From the sequence record OQ378934.1: 64,000 bases of DNA; one strand, written 5' to 3'. The position numbers were made by a program, and so were the translations under genes. A model generated the notes under the pieces. It was not told the origin of the DNA. It saw nothing but the letters and a program-made list of their open reading frames with translations, and did no database searches. The stretch comes from Escherichia phage LH2. Position 1 is the stretch's first letter, and every line of letters begins with the position of its first letter. Below are positions 1 to 9,200 of the stretch, piece by piece.

Positions 1-153
1 GAGATGTTTAGAAATTGCCATTGCGAGTCTTATTTTGAAAATAAAGATGGTGTTATGATTCCAGAGATGGATGCTTTTGCTCTTATTCCTCGTACTCAGT
101 GGCAATATGTGATGGGTCCTTCACTTTACCGAATAATGAACAGCCTCTTTTAA
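1..153 (+). CDS. 3' end of an upstream gene (partial at window edge), product unknown
   Basis: Frame open from position 1 to TAA at 151-153; lies directly upstream of e where T4 carries e.1-type genes. Confidence 0.4.
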   Translation, partial: EMFRNCHCESYFENKDGVMIPEMDAFALIPRTQWQYVMGPSLYRIMNSLF

Positions 154-684
<531 letters not shown>

Positions 685-743
685 AGTGGTTTACTTTCTC
701 CTAGAATTGTGATAGTATATTCACAGTTACTTGGAGGGATAAA

Positions 744-1160
744 ATGACTCGTATTAATTTGACTTTAGTATCTGAACTTGCTGATCAACATTTAATCGCA
801 GAATACCGTGAATTGCCACGCGTTTTTGGTATAGTTCGTAAACACGTGGCAAATGGTAAGCGGGTTAAAGATTTTAAAATATCTTCCGAGTTTATTTTAG
901 GTTCTGGTCATGTTACGTTCTTTTACGATAAGTTAGAATTTTTGCGAAAGCGTCAATCAGACATTATAACGGAATGCTTAAAACGCGGGTTTAGTATAAA
1001 AGATACTGAAGTTCCTGACATCAGTGATATTCCAGTAGAATGGAAAAATGATTATAATCCATGCAAATCAGCTATTAGGTTGAGTCAACAACGACTCGAT
1101 GAAAAAATTTTAATGAAGCCACACTGGTACAAGTATTACGGCAAAAATATTTACATTTAA
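744..1160 (+). CDS. denV: Endonuclease V (pyrimidine-dimer DNA glycosylase)
   Basis: 138 aa; [17 protein letters not shown]...[11 protein letters not shown]...WYKYYGK matches T4 DenV closely. Confidence 0.92.
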   Translation: MTRINLTLVSELADQHLIAEYRELPRVFGIVRKHVANGKRVKDFKISSEFILGSGHVTFFYDKLEFLRKRQSDIITECLKRGFSIKDTEVPDISDIPVEWKNDYNPCKSAIRLSQQRLDEKILMKPHWYKYYGKNIYI

Positions 1161-1305
1161 ATAACATGGGAATAACCTGGACCTCATGATTCTATGAGGG
1201 ATTCCCGCCAACCTGTAATAAGGTCGAGCCCAAGTGCGGTAATGGGTAAATACAGAAATGGACAATTCATGCGCCACGGAATGACCCAAATTTAGAGATA
1301 ACAAA

Positions 1306-1845
1306 ATGAGAACATTTTTAACTGGTCCTTATCTATCCCTGATGAATGCTTTTACACACCATTCTGATGCTAGAGTAGAAGAAATTTGTAAAAACGAATA
1401 TATCCTGCCATTTGAAGACTTACTTAAGCAGTATTGCACACTTCGACTAGATGGTGGACGTCAATCCGGTAAATCAATTGCAGTAACTAATTTTGCCGCT
1501 AATTGGTTGTATGACGGTGGAACAGTTATTGTTCTTTCTAATAGTTCAGCTTATGCTAAAATTTCTGCAGATAACATCAAAAAGGAATTTTCGCGTTATT
1601 CTAATGATGATATACGTTTTCGTTTATTTACTGATTCTGTGTGTAGTTTTATTGGTAATAAAGGAAGCAAGTTCAGAGGTTTATCTCTTTCGCGAATTTT
1701 ATATATAATTGATGAGCCTGTCAAATCTCCTGATATGGATAAGATTTATGATGCTCATATTGACACTGTACAGTACTGCTGCAATAGTAAATGTTGCATT
1801 GGTGGTATTACTCGTCCTCAATTTTTTGTGATTGGAATGCAATGA
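1306..1845 (+). CDS. Hypothetical protein with Walker A-like motif (GGRQSGKS) and hhhhDE motif (LYIIDEP)
   Basis: 179-aa ORF with ATG start; P-loop-like motif visible in translation. Confidence 0.5.
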   Translation: MRTFLTGPYLSLMNAFTHHSDARVEEICKNEYILPFEDLLKQYCTLRLDGGRQSGKSIAVTNFAANWLYDGGTVIVLSNSSAYAKISADNIKKEFSRYSNDDIRFRLFTDSVCSFIGNKGSKFRGLSLSRILYIIDEPVKSPDMDKIYDAHIDTVQYCCNSKCCIGGITRPQFFVIGMQ

Positions 1846-2171
1846 TGACAGACACGCAACTTTTCGAGTATCTTTATTTTTCGCCAAAAACTATTAAAAA
1901 TAAATTGGTGAATCATTTTGAAATTTTGGCAAATAACAACGTCTTGAGTGAATTTTATCCTAAGCAATACAAATTGCAAAAAGGCGTATTCAAAGGATGC
2001 AGAGTTTTATGTACTGCTCCTAATGCAAAGTTAATGAATAAAATTCCATATTTTACCATGGAATTTATTGATGGGCCTTTTAAAGGACTAATTACCCAAA
2101 GTTTAATGGCATATGATTCTGAGCCATTTTTAATTAAAGAGCAATCTTGGATAAATTTATTTTCTAATTGA
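1842..2171 (+). CDS. Hypothetical protein
   Basis: ATG overlaps upstream stop (ATGA); 109 aa. Confidence 0.45.
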   Translation: MMTDTQLFEYLYFSPKTIKNKLVNHFEILANNNVLSEFYPKQYKLQKGVFKGCRVLCTAPNAKLMNKIPYFTMEFIDGPFKGLITQSLMAYDSEPFLIKEQSWINLFSN

Positions 2172-2179
2172 GAGGTTAT

Positions 2180-2542
2180 ATGAAAGCATATCAAATTCTT
2201 GAAGGCACGCATAAAGGTACTATTTATTTTGAAGACGGTATTCAAGCACGAATTATTGTCTCTAAAACCTTTAAAGAGGACTCTTTTGTAGACCCAGAAA
2301 TTTTCTATGGTTTGCATGCCCGTGAAATTGAAATTGAGCAACAGCCTACAGTTAAAATTGAAGGTGGTCAACACCTGAACGTTAACGTTCTGCGTCGTGA
2401 AACTCTGGAAGATGCAGTTAAGCATCCGGAAAAATATCCGCAGCTGACCATCCGTGTATCCGGTTATGCAGTTCGCTTTAACTCTCTGACTCCGGAACAG
2501 CAGCGCGACGTTATCGCTCGTACCTTCACCGAGAGTTTGTAA
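2180..2542 (+). CDS. Autonomous glycyl radical cofactor (GrcA/YfiD-like; equivalent of T4 Y06I)
   Basis: C-terminal ...[59 protein letters not shown] carries the glycyl radical motif RVSGYAVRF; SD GAGG before ATG 2180. Confidence 0.85.
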   Translation: MKAYQILEGTHKGTIYFEDGIQARIIVSKTFKEDSFVDPEIFYGLHAREIEIEQQPTVKIEGGQHLNVNVLRRETLEDAVKHPEKYPQLTIRVSGYAVRFNSLTPEQQRDVIARTFTESL

Positions 2543-2763
2543 TGGCAAAGATAATTATTGAAGGTTCTGAAGATGTGCTAAATGCTTTCGCCGAATGGTT
2601 TAGTAATTCAGGCGAACAGCAATTTAATGAAGCGTGGACCATGGGTGATATTGATGGAATTTATCCTACGACAGAAATTTCTGTTCAAGGATATGGCATT
2701 CATGAACCTATTCGTTTAGTTGAATATGATTTGGGAACGGGTGAGGAAGTAGAATATGATTGA
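2542..2763 (+). CDS. Hypothetical protein
   Basis: 73-aa ORF, start overlaps upstream stop. Confidence 0.5.
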   Translation: MAKIIIEGSEDVLNAFAEWFSNSGEQQFNEAWTMGDIDGIYPTTEISVQGYGIHEPIRLVEYDLGTGEEVEYD

Positions 2764-3022
2764 AGATATTAAGGGTTATAAGCCACATACTGAAGAGAAA
2801 ATCGGTAAAGTGAATGCTATCAAAGACGCTGAAGTTCGTTTAGGACTTATCTTTGATGCTTTATACGATGAATTCTGGGAAGCACTAGATAATTGTGAAG
2901 ACTGTGAATTCGCGAAGAATTATGCTGAAAGCCTCGATCAGTTAACTATTGCTAAAACGAAACTCAAAGAAGCTAGTATGTGGGCTTGTCGTGCTGTGTT
3001 CCAACCAGAGGAAAAATATTAA
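2756..3022 (+). CDS. Hypothetical protein
   Basis: 88-aa ORF, overlaps neighbours by a few nt. Confidence 0.5.
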   Translation: MIEDIKGYKPHTEEKIGKVNAIKDAEVRLGLIFDALYDEFWEALDNCEDCEFAKNYAESLDQLTIAKTKLKEASMWACRAVFQPEEKY

Positions 3023-3300
3023 TGGCTCAATTAAGCGCAGGGTTTGGTTATGAGTATTATACTGCCCCTCGTCGTGTATCTGTTGTTCCTAAGAAAATTC
3101 AAAGTCTTGATGACTTCCAGGAAGTAGTCCGTAAAGCTTTCCAGGACTACGCACGTTATCTTAAAGAAGATTCACAGGACTGTCTCGAAGAAGATGAAAT
3201 TGCTTACTATGAGCAGCGTCTTGAACAGCTTAAAAACTTACATGAGGTTCGTGCAGAAGTTACAAAGTCTATGAATAAATTGATTAGATTTAAAGAATAA
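3022..3300 (+). CDS. Hypothetical protein
   Basis: Internal ATG at 3022 overlapping upstream TAA; 92 aa ([13 protein letters not shown]...). Confidence 0.5.
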   Translation: MAQLSAGFGYEYYTAPRRVSVVPKKIQSLDDFQEVVRKAFQDYARYLKEDSQDCLEEDEIAYYEQRLEQLKNLHEVRAEVTKSMNKLIRFKE

Positions 3301-3302
3301 CT

Positions 3303-3332
3303 GTTTACTTTTCCTCTTGACTGTGGTATAAT
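3303..3332 (+). promoter_or_regulatory. T4-type early promoter (GTTTAC -35, TGGTATAAT -10)
   Basis: gtttac at 3303-3308, tataat at 3327-3332, upstream of regB. Confidence 0.55.
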
Positions 3333-3359
3333 TTTTCTATCAGTTAAGAGGAGAATAAC

Positions 3360-3821
3360 ATGACTATCAACACAGAAGTTTTTATCCGTCGAAATAAGCT
3401 TCGTCGTCACTTTGAGTCGGAGTTTCGTCAAATTAACAATGAGATTCGTGAGGCATCAAAAGCAGCAGGGGTCTCATCGTTTCATCTAAAATATTCTCAG
3501 CATCTTCTTGATCGTGCAATTCAACGGGAGATTGATGAGACATATGTTTTTGAATTATTCCATAAAATAAAAGACCATGTTTTAGAAGTTAATGAATTCC
3601 TGAGTATGCCTCCACGCCCTGATATTGACGAAGATTTTATTGATGGGGTTGAATATCGTCCTGGGCGTTTAGAAATCACAGATGGAAATCTTTGGCTTGG
3701 ATTTACAGTTTGTAAACCTAATGCGAAGTTCAAAGACCCGTCACTTCAGTGCAGGATGGCAATTATCAATAGTCGTCGTTTACCAGGAAAGGCTTCTAAA
3801 GCAGTAATTAAAACTCAATGA
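3360..3821 (+). CDS. regB: Sequence-specific endoribonuclease RegB
   Basis: 153 aa, same length as T4 RegB; MTINTEVFIRRNKLRRHFESEF...; position between denV and tk. Confidence 0.85.
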   Translation: MTINTEVFIRRNKLRRHFESEFRQINNEIREASKAAGVSSFHLKYSQHLLDRAIQREIDETYVFELFHKIKDHVLEVNEFLSMPPRPDIDEDFIDGVEYRPGRLEITDGNLWLGFTVCKPNAKFKDPSLQCRMAIINSRRLPGKASKAVIKTQ

Positions 3822-3828
3822 GGTAAGC

Positions 3829-4374
3829 ATGAGAAAAGCACTACTCGCTGGTCTATTGGCCATTTCTATGATGGCACATAGCTCCGAGCATACTTTCAGT
3901 AATGTCCAACTCGATAACATGCGTTACGCGTATCAATTCGGGGAACAATTTTCTAAGGATGGAAAATATAAAACACATAAAAATATCCACAAAAGCGGAT
4001 TAGGTCATATAATGGCTGCTATTTTATGGCAAGAAAGCTCTGCCGGAGTTAATTTAAAATCTAAACCAAAGCATCATGCCTACGGAATGTTCCAAAATTA
4101 TTTGCCGACAATGCGAGCGAGAGTCAAGGAACTTGGTTATAATATGACTGATGCTGAAATAAAAAGAATGTTGAATAAACGGTCCAATTCAGCTTCCTGG
4201 GCGTACATTGAACTTTCTTATTGGTTAAATATACATAAGGGCGATATAAGAAAGGCTATATCCTCTTATAATTCGGGATGGAATGTTAAAGCAGGTTCTA
4301 AATATGCTTCTGAAGTCCTAGAAAAGGCTAACTACCTTAAAAATAATAAACTTTTGGAAATAGTAAATGACTAA
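3829..4374 (+). CDS. Secreted lytic-transglycosylase-like protein (SLT-domain motifs)
   Basis: Signal peptide MRKALLAGLLAISMMAHS; SLT-like motifs QESSAG, YGMFQN, SYNSGWN. Confidence 0.55.
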   Translation: MRKALLAGLLAISMMAHSSEHTFSNVQLDNMRYAYQFGEQFSKDGKYKTHKNIHKSGLGHIMAAILWQESSAGVNLKSKPKHHAYGMFQNYLPTMRARVKELGYNMTDAEIKRMLNKRSNSASWAYIELSYWLNIHKGDIRKAISSYNSGWNVKAGSKYASEVLEKANYLKNNKLLEIVND

Positions 4375-4708
4375 AATTTTGGTTTTATGTATAGGATTAA
4401 TTTCATTTTCTGCGTTAGCAAATACATCATATACTGAAATTAGAGAGTATGTAAACCGTACTGCCGCGGATTATTGTGGGAAAAATAAAGCATGCCAAGC
4501 TGAATTTGCGCAGAAATTAATATATGCATATAAAGACGGAGAAAGAGATAAATCAAGCAGATACAAGAACGATACTTTATTAAAACGATATGCTAAAAAG
4601 TGGAATACCTTAGAATGTTCAGTTGCGGAGGAGAAAGATAAAGCCGCTTGTCATTCAATGGTTGACCGTTTGGTAGATTCTTATAATCGAGGATTGAGTA
4701 CTAGATGA
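4367..4708 (+). CDS. Secreted protein, function unknown
   Basis: N-terminal signal peptide MTKILVLCIGLISFSALA; several Cys. Confidence 0.5.
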   Translation: MTKILVLCIGLISFSALANTSYTEIREYVNRTAADYCGKNKACQAEFAQKLIYAYKDGERDKSSRYKNDTLLKRYAKKWNTLECSVAEEKDKAACHSMVDRLVDSYNRGLSTR

Positions 4709-5172
4709 TTGTAAAATATATCAAGGGCGATATTGTCGCCCTTTTCACTGAAGGTAAAAATATTGCGCATGGATGCAATTGTTTTCATACGATGAAAGCT
4801 GGAGTCGCAGGTCAATTAACCAAAGCTTTCCCTAAAATTTTGGAAGCTGATAAATTACAGACTGAATGGGGTGATGTAACTAAACTTGGTTCTTATTCAG
4901 TCTATGAAAAATACTTTATGACTCATAAAGCGTATTGCTTCAACCTTTATACTCAATTTCAACCAGGGCCAAATTTTGAGTATTCCGCTTTAATGAATTG
5001 TATGTTAGAATTAAATGAGTTTGGTGAAAATAAACTGATTAAACCTACAATCTATATGCCTAGGATTGGTGCAGGCATAGGTAAAGGGAACTGGGATATT
5101 ATTGAGGGGATTTTAGATACATATTCCTCTAAATTAGAAATTGTGATTGTTGATTGGGAACCATTATTATGA
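4705..5172 (+). CDS. Macro-domain-like protein (possible ADP-ribose binding/hydrolase)
   Basis: Motifs resembling macro domain: N..G.N...AGVAGQL and PRIGAGIGKG; weak, by eye only. Confidence 0.4.
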   Translation: MIVKYIKGDIVALFTEGKNIAHGCNCFHTMKAGVAGQLTKAFPKILEADKLQTEWGDVTKLGSYSVYEKYFMTHKAYCFNLYTQFQPGPNFEYSALMNCMLELNEFGENKLIKPTIYMPRIGAGIGKGNWDIIEGILDTYSSKLEIVIVDWEPLL

Positions 5173-5381
5173 ATATACATTATCCACATCCATATGACCC
5201 AAAGAATAAGGCAGTAATTATTCGTCAATGGGAACGCATTTGCCGTACTAAATGTCCAATTAATAGTCCACACGATGTAGATAAAGACTACATTGGAACA
5301 TTCGTTGAATATACCTTTATTGATAGGAAAGGTCGTAAACAACATGTAGAAGAATATTGCTTAAAGGTTACATGGTTATGA
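5169..5381 (+). CDS. Hypothetical protein
   Basis: ATG overlaps upstream stop (ATGA); 70 aa. Confidence 0.45.
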   Translation: MNIHYPHPYDPKNKAVIIRQWERICRTKCPINSPHDVDKDYIGTFVEYTFIDRKGRKQHVEEYCLKVTWL

Positions 5382-5563
5382 GTCTGAGTAAAGAACAAAA
5401 AGATAAATTGTTTGAGCTTATCCATGAACTTCTAGATGAGCATACAGAAGCAAACACCTTTTATGATGAATACGGCCCGCTATCTCCCGAACAGCAAGAA
5501 GAATTTGCTGACCGGTTTGATAAGAAAGAAAACGAATTAATAGCTTATGTGAATACGCTTTAA
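5378..5563 (+). CDS. Hypothetical acidic protein
   Basis: ATG overlaps upstream stop; 61 aa. Confidence 0.45.
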   Translation: MSLSKEQKDKLFELIHELLDEHTEANTFYDEYGPLSPEQQEEFADRFDKKENELIAYVNTL

Positions 5564-5572
5564 GAAGGTGAT

Positions 5573-6154
5573 ATGGCGAGTTTAATTTTTACTTATGCAG
5601 CAATGAATGCTGGAAAATCTGCTTCTCTTTTGACTGCTGCGCATAATTATAAAGAACGCGGAATGGGTGTATTAGTTCTTAAACCTGTTATTGATACTCG
5701 CGATTCTGTCTGTGAAGTCGTTTCTCGCATTGGAATTAAACAGGAAGCGAATATTATTACGGATGATATGGATATTTTTGAGTTCTATAAATGGGCTGAA
5801 GCACAAAAAGATATTCATTGCGTATTTGTAGATGAAGCTCAGTTTTTAAAAACTGAACAGGTGCATCAATTAAGCCGAATTGTCGATACATACAATGTTC
5901 CTGTTATGGCTTATGGACTAAGGACTGATTTCGCTGGAAAATTATTTGAAGGTTCTAAAGAACTTTTGGCGATTGCAGATAAACTTATTGAACTAAAAGC
6001 AGTTTGTCATTGTGGTAAAAAAGCGATTATGACAGCTCGATTAATGGAAGATGGAACACCAGTTAAAGAAGGTAATCAAATCTGTATTGGTGATGAAATT
6101 TATGTTTCTTTGTGCAGAAAACATTGGAATGAATTAACTAAAAAGCTCGGTTAG
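5573..6154 (+). CDS. tk: Thymidine kinase
   Basis: 193 aa; P-loop AAMNAGKS; Zn-binding Cys pairs near C-terminus; same length as T4 Tk. Confidence 0.9.
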   Translation: MASLIFTYAAMNAGKSASLLTAAHNYKERGMGVLVLKPVIDTRDSVCEVVSRIGIKQEANIITDDMDIFEFYKWAEAQKDIHCVFVDEAQFLKTEQVHQLSRIVDTYNVPVMAYGLRTDFAGKLFEGSKELLAIADKLIELKAVCHCGKKAIMTARLMEDGTPVKEGNQICIGDEIYVSLCRKHWNELTKKLG

Positions 6155-6163
6155 TGCAAAAGT

Positions 6164-6171
6164 TATAAATA
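6164..6171 (+). promoter_or_regulatory. Late promoter-like motif TATAAATA
   Basis: Exact octamer about 25 nt upstream of the ATG at 6197. Confidence 0.4.
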
Positions 6172-6196
6172 GGTTTATCTAACTAAAGGGGTATAT

Positions 6197-6409
6197 ATGC
6201 TACAATTAACTGAAAAGCAACTTCGCAATCTTACTGTTCTTCAATTAGATGAAATTCGTAGGGAAGTTGGAAATATCATTTCAGCTTTGCGTCGAGAAGT
6301 ATCACTCAACCAATCTCCGGCAGACTATACTAGATTGCGAAATTTTGAAAAATACCTTGATAAAGTTAAGGCCGTGCATCGGCACAAAGTAAATACAGGA
6401 CAAAAATGA
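6197..6409 (+). CDS. Hypothetical protein
   Basis: 70-aa ORF with SD AAGGGG. Confidence 0.5.
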
Positions 6410-6421
6410 TAGGAGGCCTTT

Positions 6422-6715
6422 ATGGCCTTAAAAGCAACGGCACTATTTGCCATGCTAGGATTAGCGTTTGCTTTATCTCCACCGATTGAAGCAAATGTCG
6501 ATCCTCATTTTGATAAATTTATGGAATCTGGCATTAGACATGTTTATATGCTTTTTGAAAATAAAAGCGTAGAATCATCTGAACAGTTCTATAGTTTTAT
6601 GCGAACGACTTATAAAAATGACCCGTGCTCTTCCGATTTTGAATGTATAGAGCGAGGCGCGGAGATGGCACAATCATACGCTAGAATTATGAACATTAAA
6701 TTGGAGACTGAATGA
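6422..6715 (+). CDS. Hypothetical secreted protein
   Basis: 97 aa; hydrophobic N-terminal signal-like segment ALFAMLGLAFALS. Confidence 0.5.
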   Translation: MALKATALFAMLGLAFALSPPIEANVDPHFDKFMESGIRHVYMLFENKSVESSEQFYSFMRTTYKNDPCSSDFECIERGAEMAQSYARIMNIKLETE

Positions 6716-7098
6716 AATTCAGCGACTTTTCACAAAGTGGAAAACCTTCAAAGGCAGATGAATACTTAGGTTTATTAATGGCTGCACAAGCTTATTTTCA
6801 TTCTGCGCATTTTGAAACTAAAAGTTATGCTAGACACAAGGCATACGATTTTATTTTCTCTGAGTTGCCAGATTTGATTGATAAATTTGGTGAGCAATAT
6901 TTAGGGTATTCTGGTAGAAAATACACACCTTCAATTCCAGATGCTAGTAAACTTCCTACCGACACAATTAAAATGATTGATCGCATACTAGACCAATCTA
7001 ACAGCATTTATAAAGAAATGCCTCCAGCCATTCAAAGCACGATAGATGATATTACTGGGATGTTTTATCAAAGTAAATATCTTCTTTCCCTCGAATAA
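6712..7098 (+). CDS. Hypothetical protein
   Basis: 128 aa; start overlaps upstream stop. Confidence 0.5.
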   Translation: MKFSDFSQSGKPSKADEYLGLLMAAQAYFHSAHFETKSYARHKAYDFIFSELPDLIDKFGEQYLGYSGRKYTPSIPDASKLPTDTIKMIDRILDQSNSIYKEMPPAIQSTIDDITGMFYQSKYLLSLE

Positions 7099-7102
7099 CA
7101 TT

Positions 7103-7125
7103 AGTCTCCTTCGGGAGACTTTTTT
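7103..7125 (+). terminator. Intrinsic terminator (UUCG-loop hairpin plus T-run)
   Basis: agtctcc-ttcg-ggagact followed by ttttt. Confidence 0.6.
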
Positions 7126-7135
7126 CATTTTACCG

Positions 7136-7165
7136 GTTTACTTTCCATTTGAGCTGTGATACTAT
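7136..7165 (+). promoter_or_regulatory. T4-type early promoter
   Basis: gtttac at 7136-7141; -10-like tactat about 18 nt downstream. Confidence 0.5.
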
Positions 7166-7193
7166 ACAACTATCGGATAAAGAGGAGAACATC

Positions 7194-7382
7194 ATGAAAA
7201 TTGAAGCACTTAATCAAGAAGGAAATATCTACGTCATCATTAATGGTGATTTTTTCGTCGACATGGATGAAGTTACCAGTGAAGAACTTGAAAAACTTCT
7301 TAAGAAACGTTATGATATGTGTGATGAAGCTGCAACTCATATGGCGTGTGCAATATTCTCTCTTTCATATGTGGTGGAATAA
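7194..7382 (+). CDS. Hypothetical protein
   Basis: SD GAGGAG then ATG 7194; 62 aa. Confidence 0.5.
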   Translation: MKIEALNQEGNIYVIINGDFFVDMDEVTSEELEKLLKKRYDMCDEAATHMACAIFSLSYVVE

Positions 7383-7585
7383 TGATTAGTATCGAACAAG
7401 CAGATAAAATTAAAGAATTGGTAGCTTTAATTCGCAAAGCAGACGAGGAACTTAGTGACTTTGCTTGGTTTTCGGCAGGCATTGCAAATAAAGGCGCTGA
7501 AGAACTTGAAGCTAAAGTTGATAATGCTGTAGAAGCTTTAGATATGTTTCTTGATGAAATTATCGATCATAATACGAGAGTTTAA
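7382..7585 (+). CDS. Hypothetical protein
   Basis: ATG overlapping upstream TAA; 67 aa. Confidence 0.5.
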   Translation: MISIEQADKIKELVALIRKADEELSDFAWFSAGIANKGAEELEAKVDNAVEALDMFLDEIIDHNTRV

Positions 7586-7587
7586 GT

Positions 7588-7782
7588 ATGCTAACACGTG
7601 AACAGTTTGAAAAAATCATTAAATTAGCACGTGATATTGAAATAGATTCATACCAATTGGCAGTTGAGCATTGTGAAGGATATTCATACGATGGTATAGA
7701 AGCAGCTAAAAAGGATTTGGATAAATCTAAAGCTAAGTTAGTTCAATATCTTGAAATGATTAGGTGGAATAATGAAAACTGA
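7588..7782 (+). CDS. Hypothetical protein
   Basis: 64-aa ORF. Confidence 0.5.
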   Translation: MLTREQFEKIIKLARDIEIDSYQLAVEHCEGYSYDGIEAAKKDLDKSKAKLVQYLEMIRWNNEN

Positions 7783-7945
7783 AAAGCAGATGTTTTTAAT
7801 GAAGCTAATTGAAGAATATGCTAATGCAGTTTCTGACTATGAGTATTCTTCTCGTGAAAGAGGTACAGCTTTCGCAAAGGAAGAAATGAAAATCATGGTT
7901 GATGCTCACACAAAGCTTCAGAATTTTATTGAAAACGTCATTTAA
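7772..7945 (+). CDS. Hypothetical small protein (57 aa, below ORF-track cutoff)
   Basis: ATG overlaps upstream gene end; MKTEKQMFLMKLIEEYANAV... Confidence 0.35.
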   Translation: MKTEKQMFLMKLIEEYANAVSDYEYSSRERGTAFAKEEMKIMVDAHTKLQNFIENVI

Positions 7946-7947
7946 TG

Positions 7948-7977
7948 GTTTACAAGCTGGCAAGGTTATGGTATAGT
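7948..7977 (+). promoter_or_regulatory. T4-type early promoter
   Basis: gtttac 7948-7953; tatagt 7972-7977. Confidence 0.5.
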
Positions 7978-8112
7978 AATCTTGTCAACTGCCAAGGAGA
8001 AGAGAATGAAAATTTTGTTTGTTGTGTATGTGATGATTCAATATAATTACCCAATGTTTACTTATAATCTAGTGAACAACATTATTGATATTATTCAAAG
8101 GAGTATGTAATT

Positions 8113-8670
8113 GTGAGTGAGTCAAAGAGAATCAATGTGAAACGATTAGTATTAGAAGTTAGTTCACTTTTTGGTGAATTGGCTATAGAAAAAGTAAATA
8201 ATATGTATCGTTTGACGCAAGAAGACGATATGTTGTATTTTACGCCTAGCGAAATCATTCATTTAACCCAAATTGAAAATCCTTATACTGATAAAATTGT
8301 AAGCATTAATGATGAGCATAAAATTCATTTTTATTCTTCATGCCCAGGATTTAATATTGAAAGCGAGTCAATGTGTTTATCAGTTATCCATTGGGATAGT
8401 TTTATAGATAAGATTAAATATTTTTATTATTCTAATGAAAGAAAACATAGTTTAAAATGGTTAAAAAATTGCAATGCTATTATTACTAACGATTGCAATC
8501 AGAATGATGAAACTCTTTTAAATGTATCAAAATGTTATGAAGAGGGAGATGTCTTAACTATTCGTCAAATTGACGATTTTCGATCACATATTGTCACATT
8601 TACCAAAGACGAAGCCATTGCGCTAAAGACTTATCTTGATTCTGTCATTCCAACTATGATTTCAAAGTGA
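8113..8670 (+). CDS. Hypothetical protein (tandem paralog A)
   Basis: GTG start after SD AAAGGAG; 185 aa. Confidence 0.5.
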   Translation: MSESKRINVKRLVLEVSSLFGELAIEKVNNMYRLTQEDDMLYFTPSEIIHLTQIENPYTDKIVSINDEHKIHFYSSCPGFNIESESMCLSVIHWDSFIDKIKYFYYSNERKHSLKWLKNCNAIITNDCNQNDETLLNVSKCYEEGDVLTIRQIDDFRSHIVTFTKDEAIALKTYLDSVIPTMISK

Positions 8671-8676
8671 GGAAAT

Positions 8677-9198
8677 ATGTTTATTTCAAGTGGAAGTGGT
8701 TTAATTCGCGTTAAATTTAAAAATGACATCTTCCTTATTCAAGGAGATGATATTATTAAAATGAGTTATGACGAAATCAAGAAAATTTGTCATATTCTTG
8801 AAAGTCGTGGAAAAGGAAATGCTGTTATTGACATCGGTGATTTATGGGTGACACTTTATGAAGTATCCGAAGGATTTAACATTGAAGATGAAAACAACAT
8901 CTTAGCTATTGATAAAAGAAGTGATTTGTTTGATGTGTTAAAAGTTTATGAACAGTCAAACGGTGGAAGAAAAGCTGCATTGATTTATCAAAAACCACAT
9001 TCATGCGGAACTGCTTCAATCATTTCAGATATTGAAGATGAAACTGATACTTATATGTGTATTTTAAAAGCTGGTGGTGACCGTCATCCGGATTTTATTT
9101 CTATTCGTCAAAACAATGGAGAAATTTCATTATCAAAATCAGAAGCTGAAGCTATGATTAAGTATTTAACAACTGTTACACCTTCAATGAAAGGATAA
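8677..9198 (+). CDS. Hypothetical protein (tandem paralog B)
   Basis: 173 aa; shares EGFNIE and C-terminal ...KYLTTVTPSM with upstream ORF. Confidence 0.5.
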   Translation: MFISSGSGLIRVKFKNDIFLIQGDDIIKMSYDEIKKICHILESRGKGNAVIDIGDLWVTLYEVSEGFNIEDENNILAIDKRSDLFDVLKVYEQSNGGRKAALIYQKPHSCGTASIISDIEDETDTYMCILKAGGDRHPDFISIRQNNGEISLSKSEAEAMIKYLTTVTPSMKG

Positions 9199-9200
9199 TT

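Noticed and set aside
1161-1305. Possible tRNA gene in the GC-rich spacer
   Set aside because: No T-loop GTTCRANYC-like motif or acceptor-stem complementarity could be found by eye on either strand; kept only as a possible structured RNA in the findings.
1955-2548. 197-aa minus-strand ORF
   Set aside because: It lies entirely antisense to two well-supported + strand genes (including the glycyl-radical gene) and has low-complexity AT-codon composition with no SD; most likely a shadow ORF.
8006-8110. 35-codon ORF between the promoter at 7948 and the gene at 8113
   Set aside because: Very short and Phe/Val/Tyr-rich with no conserved feature; more likely a leader region.
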